Assembly (NCBI RefSeq): GCF_001194135.2
Contig: NC_068981.1
Span: forward strand, 59,894,381-59,958,380
DNA length: 64,000 nucleotides
From: Octopus bimaculoides
Lineage: Eukaryota
Direction of reading: 5' to 3'
Below, piece by piece: positions 62,716-64,000 of this stretch. The notes under the pieces are model-generated. The model saw only the letters and a program-made list of their open reading frames with translations, did not search any database and was not told where the DNA came from. Position 1 is the stretch's first letter. Every line of letters begins with the position of its first letter. A program made the position numbers and the translations under genes.

Positions 62716-62827
62716 CTCTTATCAGACAGGTAGTCATGACGGGCATACTGGGCTTCGTATGTTTTACTCTAGTCTCATTAGAATGGCATGCACTGCGCTC
62801 TCACTCAATAATAATAATAACAATCCT

Positions 62828-63205
<378 letters not shown>

Positions 63206-63375
63206 CGTTTCAAATTTTGCCACAAGGGTAGCAGTTTCCAGAGAGGGGATGAGACGATTACATCGACCCCAGCTTTCAGCTGGTACTTATTGTGTTTACT
63301 CCGAAAGGAGAAAAGGCAAAGTCGACCCCGACCGAATTTGAACTCAGACCGGAATGACGGGCGAAATACCACTAT
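63206..63375 (-). mobile_element. Second, truncated SINE copy of the same family
   Basis: gattacatcgaccccag...ctggtacttatt...gaaagg...aaggcaaagtcgacc...gaatttgaactcaga. Confidence 0.8.
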
Positions 63376-63419
63376 GTGAATGTGAATTCTTAGTCTTCAC
63401 ATTCCAGCGAACAGAAAAA

Positions 63420-63742
63420 TTCTCAATTAAGACCAACTTCACGTGTGCTTCCCAGAACCTTATCTATGTCCTAGCTTGCTCAGGTTGTGGCCACATTGTG
63501 TGGGCCAAATGAACATTACTGTGAGACGCAGAGTCACGCTGCATAAAGAACAGATTCGTTTCTCTCAATACAGGCAGATAACCCCGAGCGAACATATCGA
63601 CAGATGTGCAAGAAATAAAACTTTGGATTTTCATATCTTTCCATTATACCAATGCAAAGATTCAATCTCCTCACAAGAACGCCTAAACAAGGAAAACCTG
63701 TTCTTACAAAAGTACAGACCACACCTTAATATACAAACTTGA
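63420..63742 (+). mobile_element. Penelope-like GIY-YIG endonuclease C-terminal fragment
   Basis: HCVGQMNITVRRRVTLHKEQIR..QYRQI..SEHIDRC...FHIFPLYQC...RLNKE.LF.QKYRP.LN is homologous to the GIY-YIG region at 25075-25310. Confidence 0.85.
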
Positions 63743-63791
63743 CTACCTGATCCTTACACATTCCTCTTTCAACAATTATACTGAAGAGTTA

Positions 63792-63835
63792 GTTGTCCCC
63801 CTTGCCACCTGTTGTCCCCCTTGCCACCTGTTGCC
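63792..63835. repeat. 19-bp tandem repeat (gttgtcccccttgccacct), about 2.3 copies
   Basis: Seen directly. Confidence 0.9.
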
Positions 63836-64000
63836 TCCCTTCTTCCATTCTCTGGACTCATTCTTACTTTTCAAGCATCCAAAAGGGTGAGACTCGTTTG
63901 TCAGAAGAATTGATTACTTCACAATGTCCCTTGAAAAGCTAATTTAAGTAGCGAAAACCGGTTGGATATCACGACATCTATAAATTATGTATATATATAA

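Overview
AT-rich, repeat-dense eukaryotic (metazoan) scaffold with 14 N-gaps, most flanked by microsatellites. The SINE, mariner and LINE families resemble those I know from Octopus/coleoid cephalopod genomes; this is an inference from sequence familiarity, not a database result. I found no recognisable host protein-coding gene, rRNA, bona fide tRNA or CRISPR array. Most long ORFs in the track are artefacts of N-runs and simple repeats. The window is a transposon graveyard or large intron/intergenic region. DNA transposon remnants: a Merlin/IS1595-like transposase, a decayed hAT, a maT/DD37D-type mariner, MITEs and Helitron-like non-autonomous elements. Retroelement remnants: three CR1-group LINEs, three L1/Tx1-like segments, two RTE/BovB-like fragments, two R4/REL-type fragments, five Penelope-like (PLE) fragments and several tRNA-derived SINEs. 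The most notable structures are: (1) a near-intact hammerhead ribozyme core in a Penelope pseudo-LTR; (2) two PLEs capped by an inverted copy of their own 3' end; (3) a head-to-head Tx1 LINE pair centred exactly on a small palindrome; (4) a TA-flanked TIR element built from repeated tRNA B-box-like modules; (5) an inverted pair of (TA)n-anchored repeats enclosing nested Helitrons; (6) recurrent internal deletion of the RT core in unrelated retroelements. I cannot support a claim of a wholly new biological system here.
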